Shown here piece after piece: positions 28,201-36,536 of a stretch of 64,000 bases of DNA. The first letter of the stretch is position 1. Each line of letters starts with the position of its first letter. Source of the stretch: Minisyncoccota bacterium (GTDB lineage: Bacteria; Patescibacteriota; Minisyncoccia; Phycocordibacterales; UBA2100); contig DATJXE010000004.1 of NCBI GenBank assembly GCA_035500505.1, positions 50,230 to 114,229 on the forward strand, given 5' to 3'. The notes below the pieces were generated by a model. That model was given only the letters and a program-made list of their open reading frames with translations, was not told where the DNA came from and made no database searches. The translations under genes and the position numbers were made by a program.

Positions 28201-31102
28201 CGATGTTGTCGGTCACCGTCGGAAGGTCATAGCTAACGTTGGCACCAGCTGCGGAAGTCGCCGGGGCTGAGACGTCGGCGTGAGCAGCAATGACCGGCGC
28301 TGAGTCGTAAACGCCGACATCAAAGTGTGCGGAAGAAGAGTTGCCCACCGCATCGGTAGCGGTGCAATTGACGGTCGTCGTCCCGAGGGCGAAGGGTGAG
28401 CCCGATGCGGGAGTGCAGACTGGAATTACTGTGCCATCGACATTATCCATTGCTGTGACAGTGAAGTTGACCGGCGTAGTCGGCAGTGCTGTTGCGACCA
28501 CGGAAACGGACGTGGGCGCGGTAATAACCGGCGGCGTCAAGTCTGGGAACACACACGGAGCGTGATTCAAGACTTGTGAGACAGTGAGCACGCAGGCCCC
28601 ATTTTGTGCGAGGTAATTCACCGTGTCTTGCAGTGTTGCCGGAGTTTCCGCGTAAACGTCGTTATCGTTTGCGGGGTTCGCCTCTATTTGGTGGAAGACC
28701 AAAATAAGCCACAGTTTGTTCACGAGTGCGGTGTGTATCCAGGCCTCTATGGTTGACGTAGGTGTCGAAGAATCGAGATCCTCGACGACGAGACGATACG
28801 GGTCGGTATTTTTCGTGTTGAAGCCTTCGTCTATGGTGCGCGCAGCCGAGAAACCGCCAGCCGCAACCTGTGCTGTGCTCGTACTATTGAAGGAGCCAAA
28901 GGGATACGCAAGATTGTCATCGGGTGAAATTCCCATTGCCTGCATTTCAATCTTTGAGTTCGTTATTTCCGCTTGTGAGGTCGTGGCCGCAGAAAGCGCG
29001 TGATCGGGGCAACCAACTCCGGGGTTCCCCTGAGGGCCTGTTACGAGTGCGGAATTAGGATCGGCCTGGAGTGCGACCAGGTCGCAGTGGTCGGCGGTGT
29101 GGGACGCTATATCGTGACCGGCCGCTTGCATCTCAAGCACTTGGGCCGGTGACATGTAGATGTAGGAAGAATCCGGAGCGACGTACGACGTGTAGTTCAA
29201 CGTGTCGTTCGGAATAATGTAGAACGTCCCGTGCATTGCACCTCCGGGAGCGTTCTTGAGAGTGGAAGAGGCGTTGTACTGGTCGAGATAGCCGTCGTCG
29301 AAAGTGAGTGAGACCATACCGTTGTCGTACTGACCACTTGTCACACCTTCGCTCAAGGAAGCGTCGTCCACCGTCAGGGAACCGCCGACGGTGTCAAGAA
29401 GTTGGAACACGCTCGCCTGCACTGCACCGGGCGGCGGCGAGATGACTGCGGAAAAGGTCGAAAAGCTCCCCGGAGAAGGTTTTACTGAAGAGGAGACGAC
29501 TTCGTAGCAGTCGACATGGCTCGGATCCCCTTGGATGGCCGAACATTCACTTGAGATCGAATTCGCCGAGTTGACGATGTACTCAACGTCAACCTCAGTG
29601 TCGACGTTGGACATATACTTGTCGCTGAACGTGTAGATCTGACCCGACGTGACCGTCACAGGACTCGGGCTCCACTGTATTTGTCCTGTGCCGCCGGTCA
29701 TGTGTACTTCGGCCGCCTTCGTGCCGGAGTAGTACGAAGCAGCGGGGTAAGTTCCCCCACCGACTACACTTGAATCTTTGTAGAAGTTCCAGTTGTCCGG
29801 GCCACCAACACTGCCGTTGAACGGCGTGGTACTGGTCTCGAAGCATGGGTTCGCGAAGAGGTCATTGCCCGCATTGAGCGCACAGGGAACGCCAGGCAAG
29901 TTGTACGTGACGGTGTTGTCCGTCGCTGTAGAAGCAAGGTTGGCATTGTTGGATGCATCGTGTGCCATCCCCGCCGCGATGCTCGGGATGACCGTACCAC
30001 TCGAAGTCATACCCGAAACCGCGACACTGTACGTCGTGCCAGTGCCGGTGACGACGGCGGTCGTCGCGCCAGCGGTGCCGGAAAGCGTCACGTCGCCTGT
30101 CGCGAAGTCAGTTACTGGTGCACTAAAGACAACAGTGAAATCGATCGGTGAGTCTCCCGTCGGGTCTGATTGTCCCGCTGACTGATTGATGGTGACCGTC
30201 AGTGCAGGAGGATTGACTACCACTGCGTTGTTAAGGGTGAACGTATTGCTCGGAAGTTCTCCTGATTCGTTGGTGCAGTTCTGGCCGCTGTATGCGACAA
30301 GGTAGAGACTGTAGGTTCCGGTCGATGCTGGAGTCGTAATGTTGAAGTTCCCAGTCAGGCCCGTTTGTGCCCCGATCGTCGAACTAGGATTGTTCGTGCA
30401 GGAGGCCGTACCGACGCCATTAGTCGAGAGGAGCCAACTTGTAGACTGCCAGTCGTTGTCATTACCGCTCGAACCGATCGTATTGCCGGTGACGGTCGCA
30501 GCAATCGTCGCGCTCGGCGTAGTAGTGGTACTCGTCCCACCACCGACTGTTGCGGCCGTAATCGAACGAGTCGGATTTTGAACCAAAACCGATGGACTGA
30601 TTGCAATGTTTGAAGGGGACCCACCGCTGCCGTCATGTGTGGCTGTAGTGAACGTAGCAGTTCCCGTCGTACTTTGAACGGTCACCGACTGACCGACGCC
30701 GTACGTAACAGTAATATGATCGTTCTGGCCACAAGTTTGGGCGATGGTGATTTGTTGACCGCTGAAAGTTGGCGTTCCGGGGCTGCAAGTGTTAGTACCG
30801 CTTCCGGACCCTACCGCAACGGATACGTTAGAAGAATTCGGTGCAGTCCATCCCGAGGGAATAGTTATTCGTACATACGAACCATTTGAGAACTGCGATG
30901 AACTGTTCTGAGAAAAGTCGATGGTGAATGTCTGGTGGTTCGCTCCTGCAGCAACAGGTGAAGGTGTAATGGAGGCAGCGCCATTCCCCGATGCCGCCGC
31001 CAACGCGGTCGCAGGCACACTGATAAACAAGAGCGAGAGCGCTCCGGAAACGGCGAACGTGGCGATGCGGCTTTTTACCGCACCGATAGTAGTGGTACTC
31101 AT
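25262..31102 (-). CDS. ~1946-aa secreted multidomain protein: Ig-like, CBM-like, CE4/NodB polysaccharide deacetylase, HYR, DUF5011 repeats, FN3, C-terminal dockerin
   Basis: SLTFDDG/ASHTADH/AYPFG/LVFH; repeated P.ITL.G...YTD.GATA.DNYD..YTVTY; terminal DLNKDGKVDLLD..DFNSDGTVDLID. Confidence 0.85.
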   Translation of the reverse strand: MSTTTIGAVKSRIATFAVSGALSLLFISVPATALAAASGNGAASITPSPVAAGANHQTFTIDFSQNSSSQFSNGSYVRITIPSGWTAPNSSNVSVAVGSGSGTNTCSPGTPTFSGQQITIAQTCGQNDHITVTYGVGQSVTVQSTTGTATFTTATHDGSGGSPSNIAISPSVLVQNPTRSITAATVGGGTSTTTTPSATIAATVTGNTIGSSGNDNDWQSTSWLLSTNGVGTASCTNNPSSTIGAQTGLTGNFNITTPASTGTYSLYLVAYSGQNCTNESGELPSNTFTLNNAVVVNPPALTVTINQSAGQSDPTGDSPIDFTVVFSAPVTDFATGDVTLSGTAGATTAVVTGTGTTYSVAVSGMTSSGTVIPSIAAGMAHDASNNANLASTATDNTVTYNLPGVPCALNAGNDLFANPCFETSTTPFNGSVGGPDNWNFYKDSSVVGGGTYPAASYYSGTKAAEVHMTGGTGQIQWSPSPVTVTSGQIYTFSDKYMSNVDTEVDVEYIVNSANSISSECSAIQGDPSHVDCYEVVSSSVKPSPGSFSTFSAVISPPPGAVQASVFQLLDTVGGSLTVDDASLSEGVTSGQYDNGMVSLTFDDGYLDQYNASSTLKNAPGGAMHGTFYIIPNDTLNYTSYVAPDSSYIYMSPAQVLEMQAAGHDIASHTADHCDLVALQADPNSALVTGPQGNPGVGCPDHALSAATTSQAEITNSKIEMQAMGISPDDNLAYPFGSFNSTSTAQVAAGGFSAARTIDEGFNTKNTDPYRLVVEDLDSSTPTSTIEAWIHTALVNKLWLILVFHQIEANPANDNDVYAETPATLQDTVNYLAQNGACVLTVSQVLNHAPCVFPDLTPPVITAPTSVSVVATALPTTPVNFTVTAMDNVDGTVIPVCTPASGSPFALGTTTVNCTATDAVGNSSSAHFDVGVYDSAPVIAAHADVSAPATSAAGANVSYDLPTVTDNIDTLVANCTPTSGSPFSIGDTVVTCNAGPDSSANNATPTTFTVTVQDTAPVITLSGDNPLTLEVHTPFVEPGYSSIDAVDGDLTSSVVIGGDTVDSEHLGTYVVTYTSEDSALNSTSTSRTVHVVDTTKPVITLLGDANVTLEVGSTYTDAGATASDNYDGDLTASIVTNNPVNTAVIGDYTVTYDVSDSSSNAALQVTRTVHVVDTQEPSITLIGDNPYVIEAGATYTDPGTTVTDNYDTGLVATNDSATSVNTGAVGDYTVTYNAQDLSGNATTTTRTVTVQDTVAPSVTIDPVNGPTNANPTITFSATDATPLTLTCAVDDQTPGPCTSGTTFAPTLSTGSHTVTVSATDQGNNTTSVTSNSFDVDADAPVITASVQPSDVLNAATVGGAQVVYDVTGASDVECDFDGGTPAACPSSPIDVSGFSEGSHSFDISATDDVGNNSTQSLSFSIDKTDPSVAMSSTVSSPTNASPIPVSVVFSEDVTGFDSSDVVVANGTLGDFTAVDGSHYTFTITPDNDGPLDVTADIAAGAATDAADNENTAAAQFSVTYDHNAPSLTVAPTTPNTPTISGTTDADATINVHVNGTDYPATVAGDGSWSVTIPDALPEGDLPVVVTATDPLTNTATVNTTLLIDTTAPVITVTGANPTDININTPYVDLGATASDNVDTSVAVNADTSAVDVGTLGSYTVTYTATDAAGNVATPVTRTVNVKDLEAPVITLNGDATMHIPTGSTFVDPGTTATDNVDSSVVVVVGGDTVPDPAVAGTYTITYDATDAAGNIATQATRTVIVSDLALSAEQGVSPTDDSVTITWTTSHPASSRVVWGTSSVSDASSTEAKAGGDDNYGYPNTTVETDDSPMVTSHSVTISGLSSGTTYYFRPISHGSPETAGAEVSVITESAPAPSSGGGSPGGGGGGGSISTYSQYDLNKDGKVDLLDFNLLMTNFGKTGFSVPGDFNSDGTVDLIDFNSFMVHWTS

Positions 31103-31467
31103 ATCCCTGGGGGACGTGTTATGGCTAATGATTAATAACCAAAGCGAAAACACGCAGTTCCCAGGCCGCGAGGTGACCAAAAGCTGGGCGCATCCTACTA
31201 CAGGCCCGTATGCCGTAACAAGTTGACACTAAGTCAAACGCCTGCTACGTTGCAGGCGTTGCGAGTTCCTTTCTAAGGAACTTTTTTCTTTTATATAAGC
31301 CGCGTAAGGGCGCGAGAAGGGCCCGAACACTCCAGCCTTCGGCTGGTTCCCAGAGTTTTGGGCCCTTCCCACTCCCCTACATTCAACTCGGAAAAGCCAT
31401 GCCCGCCCTTTTCAGAGCGGCGCGCACGTGTCCTTATTATACAAGTCGCAACCCGCGGATATCTCCT

Positions 31468-31476
31468 TTATCCACA
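31468..31476 (+). promoter_or_regulatory. Perfect DnaA box
   Basis: TTATCCACA in the intergenic region. Confidence 0.4.
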
Positions 31477-31643
31477 GGTCGTAATCCCCTGAAAAAACCT
31501 TGAAGTTCTGATGAGGGGGCATACAATCAATGCAACTACGAGCGTGCGCGCACGTAGAACATAATGGGAACCAGCCAAGCCATCTATGGCTACGGCTTTT
31601 TCTTTATTACATTCCCGACTCGGCAACGCATAACTTCTTGCGT

Positions 31644-34163
31644 ATGCCGATTTTTTTAGACACATCGAAACGGCGCAAGCTGTTCATCCGCGTCTTCGCC
31701 GTCACGTTCGCGTCCATCACTTTCTTGGGTCTTGTGTTCCTCGCAGTCAGCGTCTTTTTCGAAAGCCCGCAGCGCCCCGCGCTCACCTACGCCGAAGCCG
31801 CGGATTCGTATCACTACTACTACAGCTCCGCCAACGATCACAAGATCGCGATCACTTTCAACGACGGCCCGCAGCCGGGTATTTCGCAATCCCTGATGGC
31901 GACGCTTGAGAAAGACAACGCGCCGGCGACCTTCTTCTATATCGGCGAGAATGTTTTCATGCACCCCAACATCGTCCACGAGGCGGCGACGGAAGGATTC
32001 ACTATCGGCAATCAGTCCTTCACCGGCTCCGACAACGTCGAGTCTTCGGCCACACGGCTCTCGCTCGAACTGCACGCGACCGAATTCCTGATATCGCGCA
32101 TCACCGGCGCGTCGTCGTTCTTTTATCGGCCGCCATACCTCCTTGGCGTGGGCACCGACCCGACCATGAATCCCTACCTTCCGCCCTCACAGGACATTTT
32201 GTGGGCCATGGAGAACGGTTACAACCCCGTCGGCGCCGACATCGACCCCAACGATTGGAAGGCCGACACAAAAGAGGACGTTGAGTCGGGCGTCATCGCC
32301 GCACTCAAGAGTTCCCCCAACGGGCACATCCTGCTTCTGCACGAGCGGCCCCAGACCGCGGAAGCGATGGATGCGATAGTCCAGACCATCCGTAAGAGCG
32401 GCTACACCATCGTGCCGCTTTCCGAACTTCTCACGCCGCCCGCGCAGCTCGCGCTCACACAACCGCTCCAGCAGGGCGATACCGACGCGACGACCGAGGG
32501 CCAGGTGTCGCAATTGCAGTGGTTCCTCTACAAAGACGGCGACCTCGACCCGTACCTCATCACCGGCACGTTCGGCTCCCTCACTCGCACGGCGCTCATA
32601 CGCTTCCAATTGAAGAGCAACATCCTCAACGGCGGTTCCGCATCGGCTGGCGCAGGCATCGCCGACGCCGCGACGCGAAAAGCCATCGAGAGCCGCTCGG
32701 TCGCCGTCTTGCAGCACAACGCGCTCTTCAATGCGCCCGTTCTTCATCCCTTCGCGTTCACGTGGATAGGACAACTCTTCGCCTTCGCCTACATCAACCT
32801 CTTCCCCGCCCTGCACGACGGCCTCTCTGCCATCATGTGGCTCGCCCTCTTCATCGTGCTCATACGCTGCGCCGCCCTCTTGGGACTTCTCGCGTGGGCG
32901 AAACGACAGGAGCGGCTGGCCAAGATCGGCGACCCGGAAGACATGGGAGAAGGGATCTCGGTGCTCATTCCCGCGTACAACGAAGAAGAGAACATCCGCG
33001 CGACGATAGAAAGCGTGTTGCACTCCAACTACCAGCCCAAAGAGGTCATCGTCATCGACGACGGCTCGACCGACGGGACCGGCGGCGTCGTGCGCGAAGC
33101 CATGGCGGCGCATCCGGACGAACCCATCAGGCTTCTGCAAGTCGAGAACGGCGGAAAAGCGAGCGCGCTCAACCACGGACTCGAAGCGGCGCAGTTCAAC
33201 ATCTGCGCGGTGCTCGATGCCGACGCGGTCATCGAGGAAGGGACCCTTTCGTATTTCGCGCGACACTTCAAGGACGCCGAGGTGGGCGCTGTCGCGGGCA
33301 AGGTGTGTACGACCGCGAGCGCGCGCGTCCTCGACATGTTGCAGACGCTCGAATATGCGATAGGCCAGAACATCAACAAGCGCGCGCTTTCGACCATTGG
33401 CGCGATAGGCGTCGTGCCGGGACCTTCCGGCGCGTGGAACAAGCGATTCGTGCTCGAAGCCGGCGGTTTCAGCACCGACACCCTGGTCGAGGACCAGGAC
33501 ATGACGCTCACGCTCCTACGCGCCGGCAGGAAGGTCGTCTACGAAGAGAAAGCCGTCGCCTACACGGAAACGCCGCACACCGTGAAGAACTTTCTCAAAC
33601 AGCGATTCCGCTGGGTCTACGGCACGCTGCAATGCTTCTGGAAACACAAGCGCGTCGTCATCGAGCACCCGCTTTCGAGCATGAGCCTCATCGTGCTGCC
33701 CAACATCATCGTGTTCAACACCCTGCTGCCGCTCACCTATCCTTTCTCCGATCTTTCGCTCGTCATCGGCCTCCTCGTGAGCGACTGGCACGGTCTCGTC
33801 CTGCCGTTCCTGCTCTTCACCGCGTTCGACGTTTCGTACGCGGCGGTCGGGGTTTGGCGCGAGAAAGACCGCGTGCGGATGCTCGCCTATGTCCCCTTGC
33901 AGCGTTTCGTGTACCGCCAGCTGCTCTATTACACGGTCATGCGGGGCCTCATCCGCGCGCTCGAAGGCACGGGCTCGGGCTGGAACAAGTTCTCGAAGAT
34001 CGGCGAGACGCAGCGTTTCTACTTCTCCGCCCTCGGCGAGAGCCCCGAGCCCGTGTTGGATTTTCTCCCGTCATTTTCGCCCCTCCCGGACTTGTCGACG
34101 TCGTCGTCTCCGAGCACGTCGGGGATGCTCTCGCTTTCGGAAAGCAGCGACTTACAAACGTAG
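31644..34163 (+). CDS. GT2 processive glycosyltransferase (PgaC/IcaA-like) fused to degenerate NodB deacetylase and peptidoglycan-binding domain
   Basis: IPAYNEE, DDGSTD, GGKASALN, LDADA, EDQD, QRFRW; VSQLQ.FL..TGTFGSLT..AL.RFQ PG-binding pattern; TM helices. Confidence 0.88.
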   Translation: MPIFLDTSKRRKLFIRVFAVTFASITFLGLVFLAVSVFFESPQRPALTYAEAADSYHYYYSSANDHKIAITFNDGPQPGISQSLMATLEKDNAPATFFYIGENVFMHPNIVHEAATEGFTIGNQSFTGSDNVESSATRLSLELHATEFLISRITGASSFFYRPPYLLGVGTDPTMNPYLPPSQDILWAMENGYNPVGADIDPNDWKADTKEDVESGVIAALKSSPNGHILLLHERPQTAEAMDAIVQTIRKSGYTIVPLSELLTPPAQLALTQPLQQGDTDATTEGQVSQLQWFLYKDGDLDPYLITGTFGSLTRTALIRFQLKSNILNGGSASAGAGIADAATRKAIESRSVAVLQHNALFNAPVLHPFAFTWIGQLFAFAYINLFPALHDGLSAIMWLALFIVLIRCAALLGLLAWAKRQERLAKIGDPEDMGEGISVLIPAYNEEENIRATIESVLHSNYQPKEVIVIDDGSTDGTGGVVREAMAAHPDEPIRLLQVENGGKASALNHGLEAAQFNICAVLDADAVIEEGTLSYFARHFKDAEVGAVAGKVCTTASARVLDMLQTLEYAIGQNINKRALSTIGAIGVVPGPSGAWNKRFVLEAGGFSTDTLVEDQDMTLTLLRAGRKVVYEEKAVAYTETPHTVKNFLKQRFRWVYGTLQCFWKHKRVVIEHPLSSMSLIVLPNIIVFNTLLPLTYPFSDLSLVIGLLVSDWHGLVLPFLLFTAFDVSYAAVGVWREKDRVRMLAYVPLQRFVYRQLLYYTVMRGLIRALEGTGSGWNKFSKIGETQRFYFSALGESPEPVLDFLPSFSPLPDLSTSSSPSTSGMLSLSESSDLQT

Positions 34164-34165
34164 CG

Positions 34166-34279
34166 GAAGTCCCCGGGACGGCATGGTTTTGCCGTGTCTC
34201 GGAGTGCGTCGGCACGAGAGGCAGGGAATTTTCAGCAGAAAATTACCCGACGGCAAAACCATGCCGCCCCGGGGACTTC
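34166..34279. repeat. Structured dispersed repeat, copy 2 (114 bp)
   Basis: 30-bp inverted arms with 1 mismatch, 54-nt core, 43 bp identical to copy 1. Confidence 0.9.
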
Positions 34280-34299
34280 GCAATAAGGAACGAGAGAGA

Positions 34300-35064
34300 C
34301 TAATGCGTGGGCGTATTGCCGTACTGCGCAGTGCAGCTTGTGCCGTTGAAGAGCGAGCCGGGAACGACCGCGTAGGTCGGACTCGGGTTCTCGATGATGG
34401 TGTAGTTGCCGGTTATGGTGTCCTCGCATGCGAGCACCCCTTTGCCGGAATAGTCGCCCGCGTACATGTCCACCCAGACCTGCACGCCCTTCGGCGTTTG
34501 GTGGCATTCGGCGCAGGTGTCGGCCACGATGAAGTAGCGCCGCACGTTGGGGATGTAGAACTTCGTCCCGGCTGGAATGTCCGGCTTTTCGCCGACGTAG
34601 CCGACGGCGAGCGTGATGGGAGCCTGGTAGGTGCCGGTGCCGCCGGCGCTTCCTTCGATGCCGCTGATGTAAGTGATGATACTTCCCGCAGGATCGTTAT
34701 CGCCCGCAGCGTAGGAGGTCGTGTATGCGGTGAGATAAATTTCGCCCGAAGACGTTGCGGGCGGCGTGCTCGTTGGCGACGTGCTCGGCGGAGGATTTTG
34801 CGGAGGCGGCGGAGGCGGGGGCGTCGGTTTCGTTGTGGTCGCCGTAGACGTGGAGGTCGTCGAACCCGACGTGCCGCCCGACGAATGCTTGGGAGGCTGC
34901 TTCGTATTATTGGAAGTATTCGAACCGGAATGCTGGCTCGAGATGATAACACTCGGCGTCTGTTGTACCGGAGTCGGTGAAGGCTGGGACCAGCCGAAGT
35001 GTCCGCCAAAGAAGAGCGCGCCGACAGAGAGCACTGCGGCCGCCATGAACGACAAGAAATGCAT
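34300..35064 (-). CDS. Secreted protein with Pro/Thr linker and Cys-containing 3D/DPBB-like C-terminal domain
   Basis: N-terminal hydrophobic segment, PTPPPPPPP linker, YTTSY...DNDP, PITLAV, GTKFYIP..YFIVADTC, WVDMY. Confidence 0.6.
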   Translation of the reverse strand: MHFLSFMAAAVLSVGALFFGGHFGWSQPSPTPVQQTPSVIISSQHSGSNTSNNTKQPPKHSSGGTSGSTTSTSTATTTKPTPPPPPPPQNPPPSTSPTSTPPATSSGEIYLTAYTTSYAAGDNDPAGSIITYISGIEGSAGGTGTYQAPITLAVGYVGEKPDIPAGTKFYIPNVRRYFIVADTCAECHQTPKGVQVWVDMYAGDYSGKGVLACEDTITGNYTIIENPSPTYAVVPGSLFNGTSCTAQYGNTPTH

Positions 35065-35215
35065 ATGTATGTTTAATAAGATGTATAACCCTACGCAAGA
35101 ACGGGTGACCCTCGCGTGAAGGTATCTCATGCACCCACGCTCTTTAGCAATCGTATCAGACACTGGCGTCCTGATACAAATCGGGCTATAAAGCCCCTGT
35201 CAGCATCATGAACGT

Positions 35216-36490
35216 ATGACGCACCCGGATAAGTTTTGGAAATTTTTCTGGGCAGCCGTGGGCGCAGCGTTCCTCCTCTACGTCATCGCGATCGGGGTTC
35301 TTACGTATCTATATAACCCCATACGCACTGCGGGTGCGGCAGCGGTCGGCATTGAGTACAACGCATCGAAGGATCCGTTCGCTTCCACGACTAAGACGCA
35401 AAGCGACCGTCCTTCTTTCACGGGCGACTATTTCTACCAGGAGTCGCTGCCGCTCGCCTTCGCCGACTGGTCGTGGGGTGCCAACGTGGATTGGAACTCG
35501 ACCGAACAGGCGTATGAAGGCTCGCACTCATTCAAGGTGCAGTTCTTGCAACAGTGGTCGGGAGTGCGGGTGGACGCAAGCGACATAGACGTCTCCGCGT
35601 ACCAGGGGCTTTCCCTTGCGGTCTACCCCGATCAGAACGTCGGCAATCTCTACATTTCGCTGTACGACACGTTCGGCAACACGCTTGGCCGCCAATCCAT
35701 CGGCTGGTACACGGCGAGCAGCACACTCACCGCTGGAGCGTGGAATGTTGCGACCATTCCGCTCCAAAATCTCGTGCCCGACGGGCAAGCGATACGCCCC
35801 ATCACGGGATTTTCCATCAGCTCCGACAACCCCGGCACCATTTACGTGGACGACGTGAAGTTGGAGACGACGGCAGCCGCGCACGATCGCTGGGTCGAAC
35901 CGCCGCCGCCCACTCCGGTAGCTGCGGCGCCCGTCGTGCCCATTGCGCTTCCCTACACGCTCGCGCTCACGCCGGATTCCGTCGGTGACTGGTACAAAGA
36001 GTTCGGCCGATTCGACCTCACCCAAAACGGCGTGTCCGCAGGTCCTGTCCCAAACACGACCAACGGTTCGATGGCCTACCTATCCGGCGGCAAGGACTGG
36101 AAAGATTATCGCGTCGACGCGACGCTCTACTGGGGTCCGGTCGACACGTTCTCGCTTCTCGTGCGTTTCGCGGACGACGCCGATTTCATTTCCTGCGCCT
36201 TCTCGCGCTACGGACAGTTCGTGCAAATGTACGAAGTTCAGAACGGCAAGTCTACGCTCCTGGGCACGTCGCCCAATCTGCCGATACGCGCCTATGAGCC
36301 GTGGAAGGATGCGAAGCACGGCGCTTCCGTCCAAGGCAACGTCGCCAATTGTTACCAGGACGGCAATAAGGTACTCTCGGAAACCATTCCGGATATCTCG
36401 CCGACGGGAACAGCAGGCATCGAAACATGGAGCACCAACTCACTTGCCCCGCCGCACACGCTGGAAGCGCTGACGGTCACGCCGCTATAA
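35216..36490 (+). CDS. Membrane-anchored protein with carbohydrate-binding-like and DUF1080/LamG-like beta domains
   Basis: N-terminal TM; DWSW..AYEGSHS..W..ATIPL..IYVDDVKL; PPPP linker; WKDYRVDA. Confidence 0.6.
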   Translation: MTHPDKFWKFFWAAVGAAFLLYVIAIGVLTYLYNPIRTAGAAAVGIEYNASKDPFASTTKTQSDRPSFTGDYFYQESLPLAFADWSWGANVDWNSTEQAYEGSHSFKVQFLQQWSGVRVDASDIDVSAYQGLSLAVYPDQNVGNLYISLYDTFGNTLGRQSIGWYTASSTLTAGAWNVATIPLQNLVPDGQAIRPITGFSISSDNPGTIYVDDVKLETTAAAHDRWVEPPPPTPVAAAPVVPIALPYTLALTPDSVGDWYKEFGRFDLTQNGVSAGPVPNTTNGSMAYLSGGKDWKDYRVDATLYWGPVDTFSLLVRFADDADFISCAFSRYGQFVQMYEVQNGKSTLLGTSPNLPIRAYEPWKDAKHGASVQGNVANCYQDGNKVLSETIPDISPTGTAGIETWSTNSLAPPHTLEALTVTPL

Positions 36491-36492
36491 CA

Positions 36493-36522
36493 CAAAACAC
36501 CCCGCCTACGCGGGGTGTTTTG
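36493..36522. terminator. Bidirectional terminator
   Basis: CAAAACACCCCGC-CTAC-GCGGGGTGTTTTG between convergent genes. Confidence 0.75.
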
Positions 36523-36536
36523 CCAAAACGGAACGA

